Shown: positions 1-6,772 of the stretch, in pieces | How positions within the stretch are numbered: the stretch's first letter is position 1 | Layout: each line of letters begins with the position of its first letter | Virus record (IMG/VR): IMGVR_UViG_3300022074_000187 | Direction: 5' to 3' (one strand) | Origin: a virus | Length of the DNA stretch: 33,830 nucleotides | Translations under genes and position numbers: made by a program | The notes under the pieces: model-generated | What the model was told of the DNA's origin: nothing | The model's input: the letters and a program-made list of their open reading frames with translations, nothing else | Databases searched by the model: none

Positions 1-117
1 ATCATAACAATCCTTACAGTAAAACGTACCACCTTTCCATTTTACTGCATTCTTGGTGCAATACTTGCATCTCTTTTTCATACACGCTTTTCTCCAAGCA
101 TCATCAAATATACCCAC
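1..117 (-). CDS. 5' fragment (39 codons) of the zinc-ribbon gene, duplicated by the terminal repeat. Same gene as 33563..33820
   Basis: Reverse strand reads AGGAGGTATAG-GTG GGT ATA TTT GAT GAT GCT TGG..., identical to the start of ORF 33563..33820. It is cut off by the window edge. Confidence 0.6.
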   Translation of the reverse strand, partial: MGIFDDAWRKACMKKRCKYCTKNAVKWKGGTFYCKDCYD

Positions 118-127
118 CTATACCTCC
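1..127. repeat. 127-bp terminal direct repeat, left copy (exact copy of 33704..33830). Either a circular-closure overlap or terminal redundancy
   Basis: Bases 1-127 (ATCATAACAATCCTTACAG...CCTATACCTCC) recur base-for-base as the last 127 bases of the window. Confidence 0.95.
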
Positions 128-354
128 TAAAGATATACTACATTACCTTTAGTATTGTGTGCAAGATTTACTTTTATACCATAACAAGTCGATAGCAGTT
201 TGATAGTTCTTGGACTTGGTATAGTTCTTTCTGCATTTACTATTGTAGATATAGATAAGCCAGTTAGATTGCTCGCATCTAAATATGTATACGAACAATC
301 TATCCTAGCTTTTCGGAGAATCTTACAAATGTTAGAAGGGAGGTGCGTCGTCAT
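127..354 (-). CDS. XRE-family helix-turn-helix DNA-binding protein
   Basis: ORF 127..369. The segment LTGLSISTIVNAERTIPSPRTIKLL reads as an XRE-type HTH. The first in-frame ATG is at 354 (369 is GTG). Its stop is followed 4 nt later by the AGGAGG of the next gene. Confidence 0.6.
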   Translation of the reverse strand: MTTHLPSNICKILRKARIDCSYTYLDASNLTGLSISTIVNAERTIPSPRTIKLLSTCYGIKVNLAHNTKGNVVYL

Positions 355-682
355 CTTTGATACCAGCACTATCTTTCTTTTCGCATAATTCTATTCTGCT
401 ATCAAACCTACCACACACAACACTTGTGTACCAAGTACCATCATCTAATTTAGAATTTTGCAGCTCTCCTTTGACATAAACAATCATACCTTTCTTGATA
501 TACTTCATAACAAAATCTGTTTTGTATGGATCAAATATACTAATTTTGTGATGATGTGCTTTACGATTGTCTTTACTACCAGAGTTGTGAGTTACAACTA
601 ACTTGCAGTATTCCTCATTTTTCATACGTTCTGGATCTACTGCACAATGTCCTAGTATAGTTACTTCAGCTAATGTCTGCAT
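332..682 (-). CDS. ssb: Single-stranded DNA-binding protein (OB fold with acidic C-terminal tip)
   Basis: 116 aa. The pattern VTILGHCAVDPE...YVKGELQNSKLDDGTWYTS is OB-fold SSB-like. The C-terminus DDDAPPF matches the canonical SSB acidic tail (DDDIPF type). SD GAGAGGT lies upstream of the ATG at 682. Confidence 0.85.
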   Translation of the reverse strand: MQTLAEVTILGHCAVDPERMKNEEYCKLVVTHNSGSKDNRKAHHHKISIFDPYKTDFVMKYIKKGMIVYVKGELQNSKLDDGTWYTSVVCGRFDSRIELCEKKDSAGIKDDDAPPF

Positions 683-1289
683 TCTTTACCTCTCTTTCTT
701 TCATAAATTTAATTTGATCTTTGTATGCTTGTCTAAACCACTTCTGATCTTCATCTTTTAATACTGATATTTCATCTTTGTATGTTGTATACAATTCATC
801 AAGCATAGGTTTATCTGCTGAATCGTGTATAGTTTCAGCAAAATCTTTCTTTAATCTTTCTAATGCTTTAGGTGAAGTATCTGCTTTACTAGATTCATTA
901 CCATCATCATCTGGATCACCTACTACACCAAGTAATGCACACAAACCATATCTTCTAGCATATGTAATAGAACCACCTAGTTTCTGTGGATCATTAGCAT
1001 CTTTAGATACAAGAGGTATACCACCATCACAAACTACCTTACCAGATATATGTATAAGATTAGTTTGCAATACAGATCCACCACCTTCAAGTTGTTTTAT
1101 TACTTGTTGTAATGCAAAGTTGTTATCCTTTAGTGCTGGCTTGACTGTCTTTAGACAACTCAATAGATCAGCAAACTTACTTTTGTAGTGAGGATTCTGA
1201 GAACCTTGATATGGATTATTTACGTCGTGCAATAAGTTGAATAGATCTCTATCAAAGTCTGGTTTATTCTTTGTCTTTTGTTCTGGCAT
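666..1289 (-). CDS. erf: Erf-family single-strand annealing recombinase
   Basis: The motif GGSITYARRYGLCALLGV is typical of the ERF superfamily. It sits next to ssb and an exonuclease. Tandem ATGs at 1295 and 1289; the second has normal SD spacing (GGAGTATGACAATG). Confidence 0.75.
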   Translation of the reverse strand: MPEQKTKNKPDFDRDLFNLLHDVNNPYQGSQNPHYKSKFADLLSCLKTVKPALKDNNFALQQVIKQLEGGGSVLQTNLIHISGKVVCDGGIPLVSKDANDPQKLGGSITYARRYGLCALLGVVGDPDDDGNESSKADTSPKALERLKKDFAETIHDSADKPMLDELYTTYKDEISVLKDEDQKWFRQAYKDQIKFMKEREVKNADIS

Positions 1290-1398
1290 TGTCATACTCC
1301 ACTATTAGGTTGTTGATAAATCCTGGGTGTTTACCTACAAGATTCTCGTTGTAAGTTTTTGCCCACATATCTATTAGTTCTTTCAATGTAAACTTCAT
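1264..1398 (-). CDS. Small hypothetical ORF (about 44-46 aa) bridging the exonuclease and erf
   Basis: Below the ORF-track size cut-off. Hand translation gives MKMKFTLKELIDMWAKTYNENLVGKHPGFINNLIVEYDNARTKDKE. Its first ATG (1404) overlaps the exonuclease stop as ATGA and is preceded by GGAGA. Confidence 0.3.
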   Translation of the reverse strand: MKFTLKELIDMWAKTYNENLVGKHPGFINNLIVEYDNARTKDKE

Positions 1399-1400
1399 CT

Positions 1401-2216
1401 TCATTCTCCTTTTGTTTTGACAACAAGTGTACCTTTCTTGTTGCGTGTTATTACATAGTTACTGTTAGGAAACTCACATCTTCTAGCATCCTTAGGTACA
1501 AGTAACTTCATCTTCTTCTTCGTTTCTTCGAAGCTGGATACAGCACCTTGATACTGATTCATCATACCATCAAGGCTTCTGTATAATTCATTGTCAAACT
1601 CAAGATAGTCTTTCATACCATCTACAAGTACGTGTTCTTCTGCCAAAGTTTCAATAGCACTTTTGCCATTTGATTCTGGTGGTTGCTTGTCATTTTTTAC
1701 GAACAACCAAAACCTTTTCATCTTTGCAAATAGTCTATCGTAGAACTCTTGATTCCAATCTACTCTTACTACTTTGGGATCATCATTACCAAGTATAACA
1801 GATAGGTAACACCAGTCTTGATTATATACTTTCATATAATGATGTAGCTGTGGTGCATAGTATCTAGCCTTGTGTTCAACAGTTGCTCTTGCATTACTGT
1901 GTTTACATTCTAGTATTACATTGTCTACCTTGGCATCAAGATGAGCAAACAATGGTACATCTCTAAATGTAAATTGTTTTACTTCTTGTCCTGGAGTTGG
2001 TCTAGTTACTATCTTACCAGCAAACTCTGTCTTAGCTAACCATTCAATATGGAATGATTCTGTATGTACTCCAAGTTGCACACGAAATACATTAGATAAA
2101 TCTTCTTCCACATCTCTTTTAGTTTTTACTTTCCATAGTTGTACTAGGTTTTGGTTGTGCCATATTCTGTTGGCATCACTACCACCTAGACCTACAGTAC
2201 GGTCAAAATTATTCAT
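1401..2216 (-). CDS. YqaJ / lambda-exonuclease-like PD-(D/E)XK recombination exonuclease
   Basis: N-terminal GLGGSDANRI, then AHLDAK...ILECKHS (D...ExK nuclease core) and YYAPQLHHYMKV (QxxxY-type motif). Start taken at the SD-supported MTMNNF (ATG 2222/2216), not the far-upstream ATG at 2336. Confidence 0.8.
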   Translation of the reverse strand: MNNFDRTVGLGGSDANRIWHNQNLVQLWKVKTKRDVEEDLSNVFRVQLGVHTESFHIEWLAKTEFAGKIVTRPTPGQEVKQFTFRDVPLFAHLDAKVDNVILECKHSNARATVEHKARYYAPQLHHYMKVYNQDWCYLSVILGNDDPKVVRVDWNQEFYDRLFAKMKRFWLFVKNDKQPPESNGKSAIETLAEEHVLVDGMKDYLEFDNELYRSLDGMMNQYQGAVSSFEETKKKMKLLVPKDARRCEFPNSNYVITRNKKGTLVVKTKGE

Positions 2217-2226
2217 AGTCATTCTC

Positions 2227-2457
2227 CTAGTAATGTCGTTCTGAAACAAAAGATACTTGCACTTTATCATAACCTCTGTCGTGACAGTTTTTAAGCTGCA
2301 AATATAATTCACCAATATCAAAACAACTATCTTCAAATATTACTTTGGTAGTTATTTTTGGTTTTTTATAGTCAATATGTTTTTTAGTTTTTGGATTGTA
2401 ATAAGTTGTTTCTGTTCTTGTGTAAGTTATTTTTATTTTATCAAAATATAAACTCAT
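2227..2457 (-). CDS. Hypothetical protein
   Basis: ORF 2227..2541. An SD-supported internal start reads GGAGAATGATTATG (ATG 2463/2457). First gene downstream of the 2483-2511 promoter. Confidence 0.55.
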   Translation of the reverse strand: MSLYFDKIKITYTRTETTYYNPKTKKHIDYKKPKITTKVIFEDSCFDIGELYLQLKNCHDRGYDKVQVSFVSERHY

Positions 2458-2482
2458 AATCATTCTCCTTTTTGTTAATAAA

Positions 2483-2511
2483 ATTATAATGCATTTCTGC
2501 ATTGTAATCAA
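2483..2511 (-). promoter_or_regulatory. Sigma70-like promoter (minus strand)
   Basis: Minus strand reads TTGATT-17 nt-TATAAT (-35 at 2506..2511, -10 at 2483..2488). It lies just downstream of a terminator and upstream of an SD. Confidence 0.5.
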
Positions 2512-2513
2512 GC

Positions 2514-2548
2514 ATAAAAAAAGCCTTGCAAAATTAATCACAAGGCTT
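2514..2548 (-). terminator. Rho-independent terminator (minus strand)
   Basis: Minus strand reads AAGCCTTG-12 nt loop-CAAGGCTT followed by TTTTTTT. It sits 20 nt after the stop of ORF 2569..3159. Confidence 0.6.
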
Positions 2549-2568
2549 GGAACAAATTGAAGAATGAA

Positions 2569-3159
2569 CTAGGTGAATGTTGTGAGTCTGTGTAAGACAG
2601 ATCTACACCATCCAAGAAAACTTTGACAGAAATTTATCTTGTTGTCAACAGGTTCTCGTATGGTAGCTGGTAATGGAAACGTATTATACTTGTGTGTTTT
2701 CATTACAGATACGATAGCATCCTTCAAGAATATAGCTGGTATATCTTTGATTGCTTCTATATAATACTTCAAACCTTCACGTTGTGGTAGTTCAGTTTGA
2801 AATGTATTGCCCAGCACTTGCAAACTTTTTACAATAGTTTCGTTCGGAGCTGGTTGCATTTGTACTTCAAGATTATGAATAACACCATCAATTTTTTTCT
2901 TGAGTGGTGCTAGTTCTTTATGATCCTTTAGTTCTAGTAATGCTTCTGATGTTGCTCTCGCTATTGTATCTATCAAGATAATCTCCGACTGCGTCAGCAT
3001 TACTGGCAGAAACTCTGGCTGGTTTAGAATTGTTCCAGGTTTTCTGTGTTTTGTTACCCAACTTGAAAGAGCACCGACACCAAAATCTGAAGGCGGCATC
3101 CCAGTTGTTTTTTCTGTTACCTTTTGCGAGGTAGTAGTCGACAAATTGTTCGTGTTCAT
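2569..3159 (-). CDS. Hypothetical protein of the replication/recombination module. Overlaps the upstream ORF out of frame
   Basis: 196-aa ORF. The ATG at 3159 has a good SD (GGAGGATTTGAACTATG). No motif recognised by eye. Confidence 0.5.
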   Translation of the reverse strand: MNTNNLSTTTSQKVTEKTTGMPPSDFGVGALSSWVTKHRKPGTILNQPEFLPVMLTQSEIILIDTIARATSEALLELKDHKELAPLKKKIDGVIHNLEVQMQPAPNETIVKSLQVLGNTFQTELPQREGLKYYIEAIKDIPAIFLKDAIVSVMKTHKYNTFPLPATIREPVDNKINFCQSFLGWCRSVLHRLTTFT

Positions 3160-3271
3160 AGTTCAAATCCTCCATTGTTGCTTGCTTAAATTTATCAAAG
3201 AACCAAGACTGCAACGTGGTACTTGGCTCCCAATCTTCTTCTATTGGTTTAGAGGTATAATCTCTTTCCAT
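2918..3271 (-). CDS. Hypothetical protein with a DnaT/replisome-organiser-like N-terminal motif (tentative)
   Basis: 117-aa ORF. The stretch W-x-PS...FVDYYLAKGNRKNNWDAAFRFW resembles the helical W/F-rich domain of phage replication-initiation helper proteins. The C-terminal 80 codons overlap ORF 2569..3159. Confidence 0.45.
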   Translation of the reverse strand: MERDYTSKPIEEDWEPSTTLQSWFFDKFKQATMEDLNYEHEQFVDYYLAKGNRKNNWDAAFRFWCRCSFKLGNKTQKTWNNSKPARVSASNADAVGDYLDRYNSESNIRSITRTKGS

Positions 3272-3642
3272 TCTTCAATCTCCTTTGCTGGTATTGTATG
3301 AATTTTTATACCATATGTTACTTCAGCTAATCTTTTCTTTAGCTTGTAAGTATCTGTCGTTACACCAACAACAGATTCTACTACTACATATCCTCTATGA
3401 TTGTTAGGCTCAAGAGTAACATACCTAAAGTCTGCAACATAATCTGCTATACGCACATTGTTTACTACAACAGGTAGCTGTGGATTGAGTTCAAGATCAG
3501 TTATAAGTTTATCACCTACAAACTGTACTAACTGTAAGTATCTATCTGCCTTGGCAGTAGAGTTGAAGTATACCATATTACCTTGGTATGCTTCGTATCT
3601 ACCACTAGATTTCTTTACGGATTTTTTCGTAGTGGGTTTCAT
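3241..3642 (-). CDS. DUF1064-like PD-(D/E)XK nuclease (possible Holliday-junction resolvase type)
   Basis: The pattern FNSTAKADRYLQL...ITDLELNPQ...ADYVADFRY...VVVESVVGVTTDTYKLKKRL fits the DUF1064 arrangement. Start uncertain: ATG at 3642 or GTG at 3693. Confidence 0.6.
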   Translation of the reverse strand: MKPTTKKSVKKSSGRYEAYQGNMVYFNSTAKADRYLQLVQFVGDKLITDLELNPQLPVVVNNVRIADYVADFRYVTLEPNNHRGYVVVESVVGVTTDTYKLKKRLAEVTYGIKIHTIPAKEIEEWKEIIPLNQ

Positions 3643-3817
3643 ATATATAATTCCATACTGTTTTTGCAGTTGATTCACGTAAACAAAACTCACCTGTCTT
3701 TATTCTATGATAGGTACTATCTTGAATACCAGACTTTCTAAAAGCTTCACGTAAGTTGATACCTTTTTTATCAGCTAGTTTTTGTAACTGATTCATATAA
3801 GTATTAAGTTCATTCAT
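3605..3817 (-). CDS. Small helix-turn-helix protein (Cro/Ner-like, tentative)
   Basis: 70 aa. The segment INLREAFRKSGIQDSTYHRIKTG looks like an HTH. It lies directly downstream of the 15-bp operator-like repeat at 3840..3854. Confidence 0.5.
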   Translation of the reverse strand: MNELNTYMNQLQKLADKKGINLREAFRKSGIQDSTYHRIKTGEFCLRESTAKTVWNYIYETHYEKIRKEI

Positions 3818-3823
3818 AAATAA

Positions 3824-3854
3824 TACCTATCATAGTTAGTGCATAAATGCAAGT
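3824..3854 (-). promoter_or_regulatory. Putative early promoter/operator
   Basis: Minus strand reads ACTTGCATTTATGCA (exact 15-mer shared with 6024..6038), containing -35 TTGCAT. The hexamer 17 nt downstream is only TAGGTA, so the -10 is ambiguous. Confidence 0.3.
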
Positions 3855-4117
3855 TATATGTTTGCTTCTGCTTCTATCTCTAGTTCTTCTAACTTATATC
3901 TTGCATCATACCAGTTATCGAATACCCAGTATTGCTTTTCGTGTAGCCAACCTTTGTTCAGACACTTGATCATTTGATAGTAGTCTTTACCAACAAGATC
4001 AAAACCAGCACTAGTTTCTTCTACAATCCAGAACATATCTTTACCACTCAATATCTTTTGTCTTGTACTTGAACAAGCTCTGTTAAACATCTTCTCTCTT
4101 ACTGTACCTATATACAT
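3854..4117 (-). CDS. Hypothetical protein
   Basis: 87-aa ORF. Its start overlaps the upstream stop (ATGTAA junction at 4117). Confidence 0.55.
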   Translation of the reverse strand: MYIGTVREKMFNRACSSTRQKILSGKDMFWIVEETSAGFDLVGKDYYQMIKCLNKGWLHEKQYWVFDNWYDARYKLEELEIEAEANI

Positions 4118-4452
4118 TACTTACTCTCCTTTATTTTTAGATATAATACTTTACCTTTTTCTGTAGCAAACCAAACTCTTTGGTACTTGCCATGCTTTGA
4201 TTTGCGTTGACCAACTGCACCAATGTAGTGTTGTCTTTCCAACCATACTCTAGCAGTGCGATACTTGCTGGTTGTCACACCATCGTGGAAAGATATTTCT
4301 TCATCAGTCATACCAGATGTACCACCAATATCTATGATGATCTCCAGCACTCTGTCTTTTGCTCGTCTTGTTCTTTGTACTTCTTGTTTGGCGGCAGTCT
4401 TACTAGTTTCTGGATCTGTTCGCCTTACCATATTGTACCAATCTTCACTCAT
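4117..4452 (-). CDS. Winged-helix DNA-binding protein
   Basis: The pattern TDPETSKTAAK...RVLEIIIDIGGTSGMTDEEI...RTARVWLERQHYI...WFATEKG is typical of small phage wHTH proteins. Start context is GGAGAATGAATATG. Confidence 0.6.
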   Translation of the reverse strand: MSEDWYNMVRRTDPETSKTAAKQEVQRTRRAKDRVLEIIIDIGGTSGMTDEEISFHDGVTTSKYRTARVWLERQHYIGAVGQRKSKHGKYQRVWFATEKGKVLYLKIKESK

Positions 4453-4501
4453 ATTCATTCTCCTATATTGTTAATAAATAAATGTATGCCCAGACTATAA
4501 C

Positions 4502-4530
4502 ATTAGTTATTGTAATTATATAGACTGCAA
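4502..4530 (-). promoter_or_regulatory. Putative sigma70-like promoter (minus strand)
   Basis: Minus strand reads TTGCAG-17 nt-ACTAAT (-35 at 4525..4530, -10 at 4502..4507), in the 72-nt gap after the ArdC-like gene. Confidence 0.3.
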
Positions 4531-5427
4531 TCATACATCACCTACTGCTTTATCGCTAGCAATCACTTCTGCTTTCTCACGTACAAAGAAGAAGGATTGA
4601 CTAGCGTACTTACAAGCAGAACGTAGTGAGTCTGGCTTATCTCTAAGAGCCTTAGCCCACGACTTTAAGTAATGCACGTGGTCACTTCTTGTTTCGTGCA
4701 ACAAGTTATAGTGAGCCATATGAAAACTTGCACCAAGTTCTGCTATAAGTTCCTCGAAGGCATAGTCATTTGATGCGAAGCTACCCTTGAGGTTTCTGTC
4801 GCATCTGCTTTTATGCCCTGTCCAATGTGTGATCTCGTGAAACAATGTACTGTAGTATGCTTCACGTTTCTCAAACTGTGTTCTGTGTGGCATCTTGATC
4901 TCATCTGTTTGTGGTATATAACAAGCTCTGTTACTACCATCAGTAATTTTTGCACCTACTTTTGGTATGTCAGTTTCTATTTCTTCTATGACATCGTGAT
5001 CTACTTTTCTTGTAGGTTTAATCAAAGATATTTTAAGATCGTTAATGATTTTTGTATCACCAGTTACATCATCAATACTAAAAATAGCTACAGTCTTGAA
5101 TGTTTTCCTTACTTTTTCTTTGTTAGTTTTAGGATCTACTTCTGTCTTTATGATGGGTTGCCATAAAGGTATGCCTGTGCGTGGTGCTGGATGTAATCCT
5201 ATCTTGTTCCATTGATTGTATGTACCCCAGACAGGTGTCTTGTAACCATACTTGAAGTTCAGATGAAACTGATTCCAACCTGTGTATGCTTTGCCATCTA
5301 CATTCATATGAAAGTTCTCGATCCACTTTGGTATAAATGGTTTACTGGGATCGTGTTGTTCCATATCTTTTATAATCTGCTCGGTGATTGCCTTGAGATT
5401 ATCTTCTGCTATTTGTTTAATTGACAT
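4531..5427 (-). CDS. ArdC-like protein: N-terminal ssDNA-binding domain (DUF1738 type) plus C-terminal zincin metalloprotease motif
   Basis: N-terminal AYTGWNQFHL...TPVWGTYNQWNKIG and C-terminal STLFHEITHWTGH (HExxH followed by WTGH), as in the ArdC / anti-restriction family. Confidence 0.75.
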   Translation of the reverse strand: MSIKQIAEDNLKAITEQIIKDMEQHDPSKPFIPKWIENFHMNVDGKAYTGWNQFHLNFKYGYKTPVWGTYNQWNKIGLHPAPRTGIPLWQPIIKTEVDPKTNKEKVRKTFKTVAIFSIDDVTGDTKIINDLKISLIKPTRKVDHDVIEEIETDIPKVGAKITDGSNRACYIPQTDEIKMPHRTQFEKREAYYSTLFHEITHWTGHKSRCDRNLKGSFASNDYAFEELIAELGASFHMAHYNLLHETRSDHVHYLKSWAKALRDKPDSLRSACKYASQSFFFVREKAEVIASDKAVGDV

Positions 5428-5755
5428 GCCTATCCTCTCTATAATATTTTCTCCACGCTTGAAGTGTTTGATTCATAGCTAACACAAAACTATTTAGATC
5501 TTTTCTTTTGAGCAGCACTCTGAGTTCATCACCTAATAAGTTCTTGTGTTCTAGCCATAGATCGTGAACGTCTGCTAGCTTTTCGCTTTGATAACTTTTT
5601 ACATAGTTTAATCTAGCTTGTAGTTGTTGTATGTTTATGTAAGCACAAGCAAGACGTTTGACTCTATAACTATAACCTTGTAAAAAGTTACAACCATTTT
5701 CAAACAACGTATCGTTAAGCAATTGTTCGTGTGTTTGTTCAGCTAATACATTCAT
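5417..5755 (-). CDS. Hypothetical early protein
   Basis: 112-aa ORF with GGGAG upstream of its ATG. It overlaps its neighbours by 11-17 nt. Confidence 0.55.
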   Translation of the reverse strand: MNVLAEQTHEQLLNDTLFENGCNFLQGYSYRVKRLACAYINIQQLQARLNYVKSYQSEKLADVHDLWLEHKNLLGDELRVLLKRKDLNSFVLAMNQTLQAWRKYYREDRHVN

Positions 5756-5984
5756 AATCTACTCCCTGTTTTTGTAATCTTTTATTTATCATTTCTGCTT
5801 TCTCTTGGTACTCACGTAGAAAAGCATACTTTATTTCTAGGTTTTCTTTACCAGAGTTTATCTTGATTGAATCACGCAAGCACATAATCAAATCATTAAG
5901 CTCTTTTAGATATGCAAGATCAAGTTGTTGCTGTTGCCACATATGATCTTCTAGTCCTTGTAATATGTTTGCTTCTAATGTCAT
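5739..5984 (-). CDS. Hypothetical early protein (first gene of the minus-strand operon)
   Basis: 83-aa ORF. Start context GGAGAATGAAAATG (ATG 5990/5984). It lies directly downstream of the promoter at 6008-6036. Confidence 0.55.
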   Translation of the reverse strand: MTLEANILQGLEDHMWQQQQLDLAYLKELNDLIMCLRDSIKINSGKENLEIKYAFLREYQEKAEMINKRLQKQGVDYECIS

Positions 5985-6007
5985 TTTCATTCTCCTTTGT
6001 TACTAAT

Positions 6008-6036
6008 AGTATAATTAATACAATGCATAAATGCAA
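6008..6036 (-). promoter_or_regulatory. Sigma70-like early promoter (minus strand) with overlapping operator-like palindrome
   Basis: Minus strand reads TTGCAT-17 nt-TATACT (-35 at 6031..6036, -10 at 6008..6013). TGCA-TTTA-TGCA overlaps the -35. Confidence 0.5.
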
Positions 6037-6179
6037 GTATTAAGTTTACAAAATAATTAAACAATAACTACATTGCAGCTCTTCTGTATTTGCATTGTTT
6101 ATTTGTTTGCTGGTGGTACTCTACTACAAGCCCTTCGGTAGCCCAGTCGTGGTTGCCAGCTCCTAAACAAACGTCGCAT

Positions 6180-6211
6180 AAAAAAAACCCTCTGGGCGTG
6201 AACCCAGAGGG
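6180..6211 (-). terminator. Rho-independent terminator (minus strand) of the orphan gene 6224..6748
   Basis: Minus strand reads CCCTCTGGG-TTCACG-CCCAGAGGG followed by TTTTTTTT. 9-bp GC-rich stem, 12 nt after the stop codon. Confidence 0.75.
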
Positions 6212-6223
6212 CAGGAAGCTGTG

Positions 6224-6748
6224 TTACAGCTTCACTGGGGTGTATACTTTCGTTACACCCTTTTTTCTATATGCTAGTTTTCTTTTAGCTGATATATCAA
6301 AGTCACCTTTGGTGTAGATTCGATTGATAGCTGGAACAGCTACAATCTCATCTAGGAAACTCTTGATCATCTCAAGTCTTTCTAATCTTCTCTTTACGTC
6401 ATATCTGATTGCTTCATAGTGTGAAGCCTTGTCATCTATGTCGTTGTCAATCATACCAGTCTTATCTTCAAAACCGGATGCTTTCTTGTGTTGTTCTTGT
6501 GATTTAGAGTCATACTCGTTGTACAGTTCGTCATACTTGTCATAACTCTCTTTGGTTTTATTAATCATTGCAAACATACCATACATAATGCTGTCTACAT
6601 AGTACATACCCACTACCTCGTTCTCGTCACGTGGTAAAGGACTTAGCTTCACAATCTCTTCTGAAGCCTTCTTTAGCTTATCTAGAATTGTTGTAGACGA
6701 AATGTCTTGATTTGCTTTTTTATCGTGTGATTTTTTTGCGTTTGTCAT
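6224..6748 (-). CDS. Hypothetical protein in a stand-alone transcription unit within the divergent control region
   Basis: ORF 6224..6799. An SD-supported start reads AAGGAGTTCAAAATG at 6748 (MTNAKKSHDKK...). 174 aa, with an acidic middle (DKYDELYNEYDSKSQEQ...DNDIDD) and a basic C-terminus. No recognisable family. Confidence 0.65.
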   Translation of the reverse strand: MTNAKKSHDKKANQDISSTTILDKLKKASEEIVKLSPLPRDENEVVGMYYVDSIMYGMFAMINKTKESYDKYDELYNEYDSKSQEQHKKASGFEDKTGMIDNDIDDKASHYEAIRYDVKRRLERLEMIKSFLDEIVAVPAINRIYTKGDFDISAKRKLAYRKKGVTKVYTPVKL

Positions 6749-6772
6749 TTTGAACTCCTTTGTTTTGGTTAT

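Noticed and set aside
1-127. Genuine T7-style direct terminal repeat
   Set aside because: It cannot be excluded. However, the repeat lies inside a coding sequence, and its length is what a k=127 circular-contig overlap would give. It is treated as a closure artefact or sign of permuted ends until read termini are examined.
778-1188. 136-aa plus-strand ORF antisense to erf. Similar antisense or shadow ORFs occur at 200..388, 3458..3673, 4207..4500, 4813..5166, 7268..7671, 9048..9420, 10791..11093, 11593..11991, 22277..22771, 22892..23170, 27681..28094, 31303..31950 and 33061..33710
   Set aside because: All lie opposite or out of frame to ORFs with motif support or strong operon context. They lack SD sequences and have low-complexity or hydrophobic shadow-frame compositions.
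3815-3829. Leaderless mRNA for the HTH gene 3605..3817, with TAGGTA as the -10 placed 6 nt before the ATG
   Set aside because: TAGGTA is a poor -10 hexamer. The same bases can equally serve as a weak SD (AGGT, 7 nt before the ATG). This cannot be decided without 5'-end mapping.
6090-6317. 75-aa plus-strand ORF
   Set aside because: It runs through the minus-strand terminator hairpin and antisense into gene 6224..6748. It has no SD and an implausible composition.
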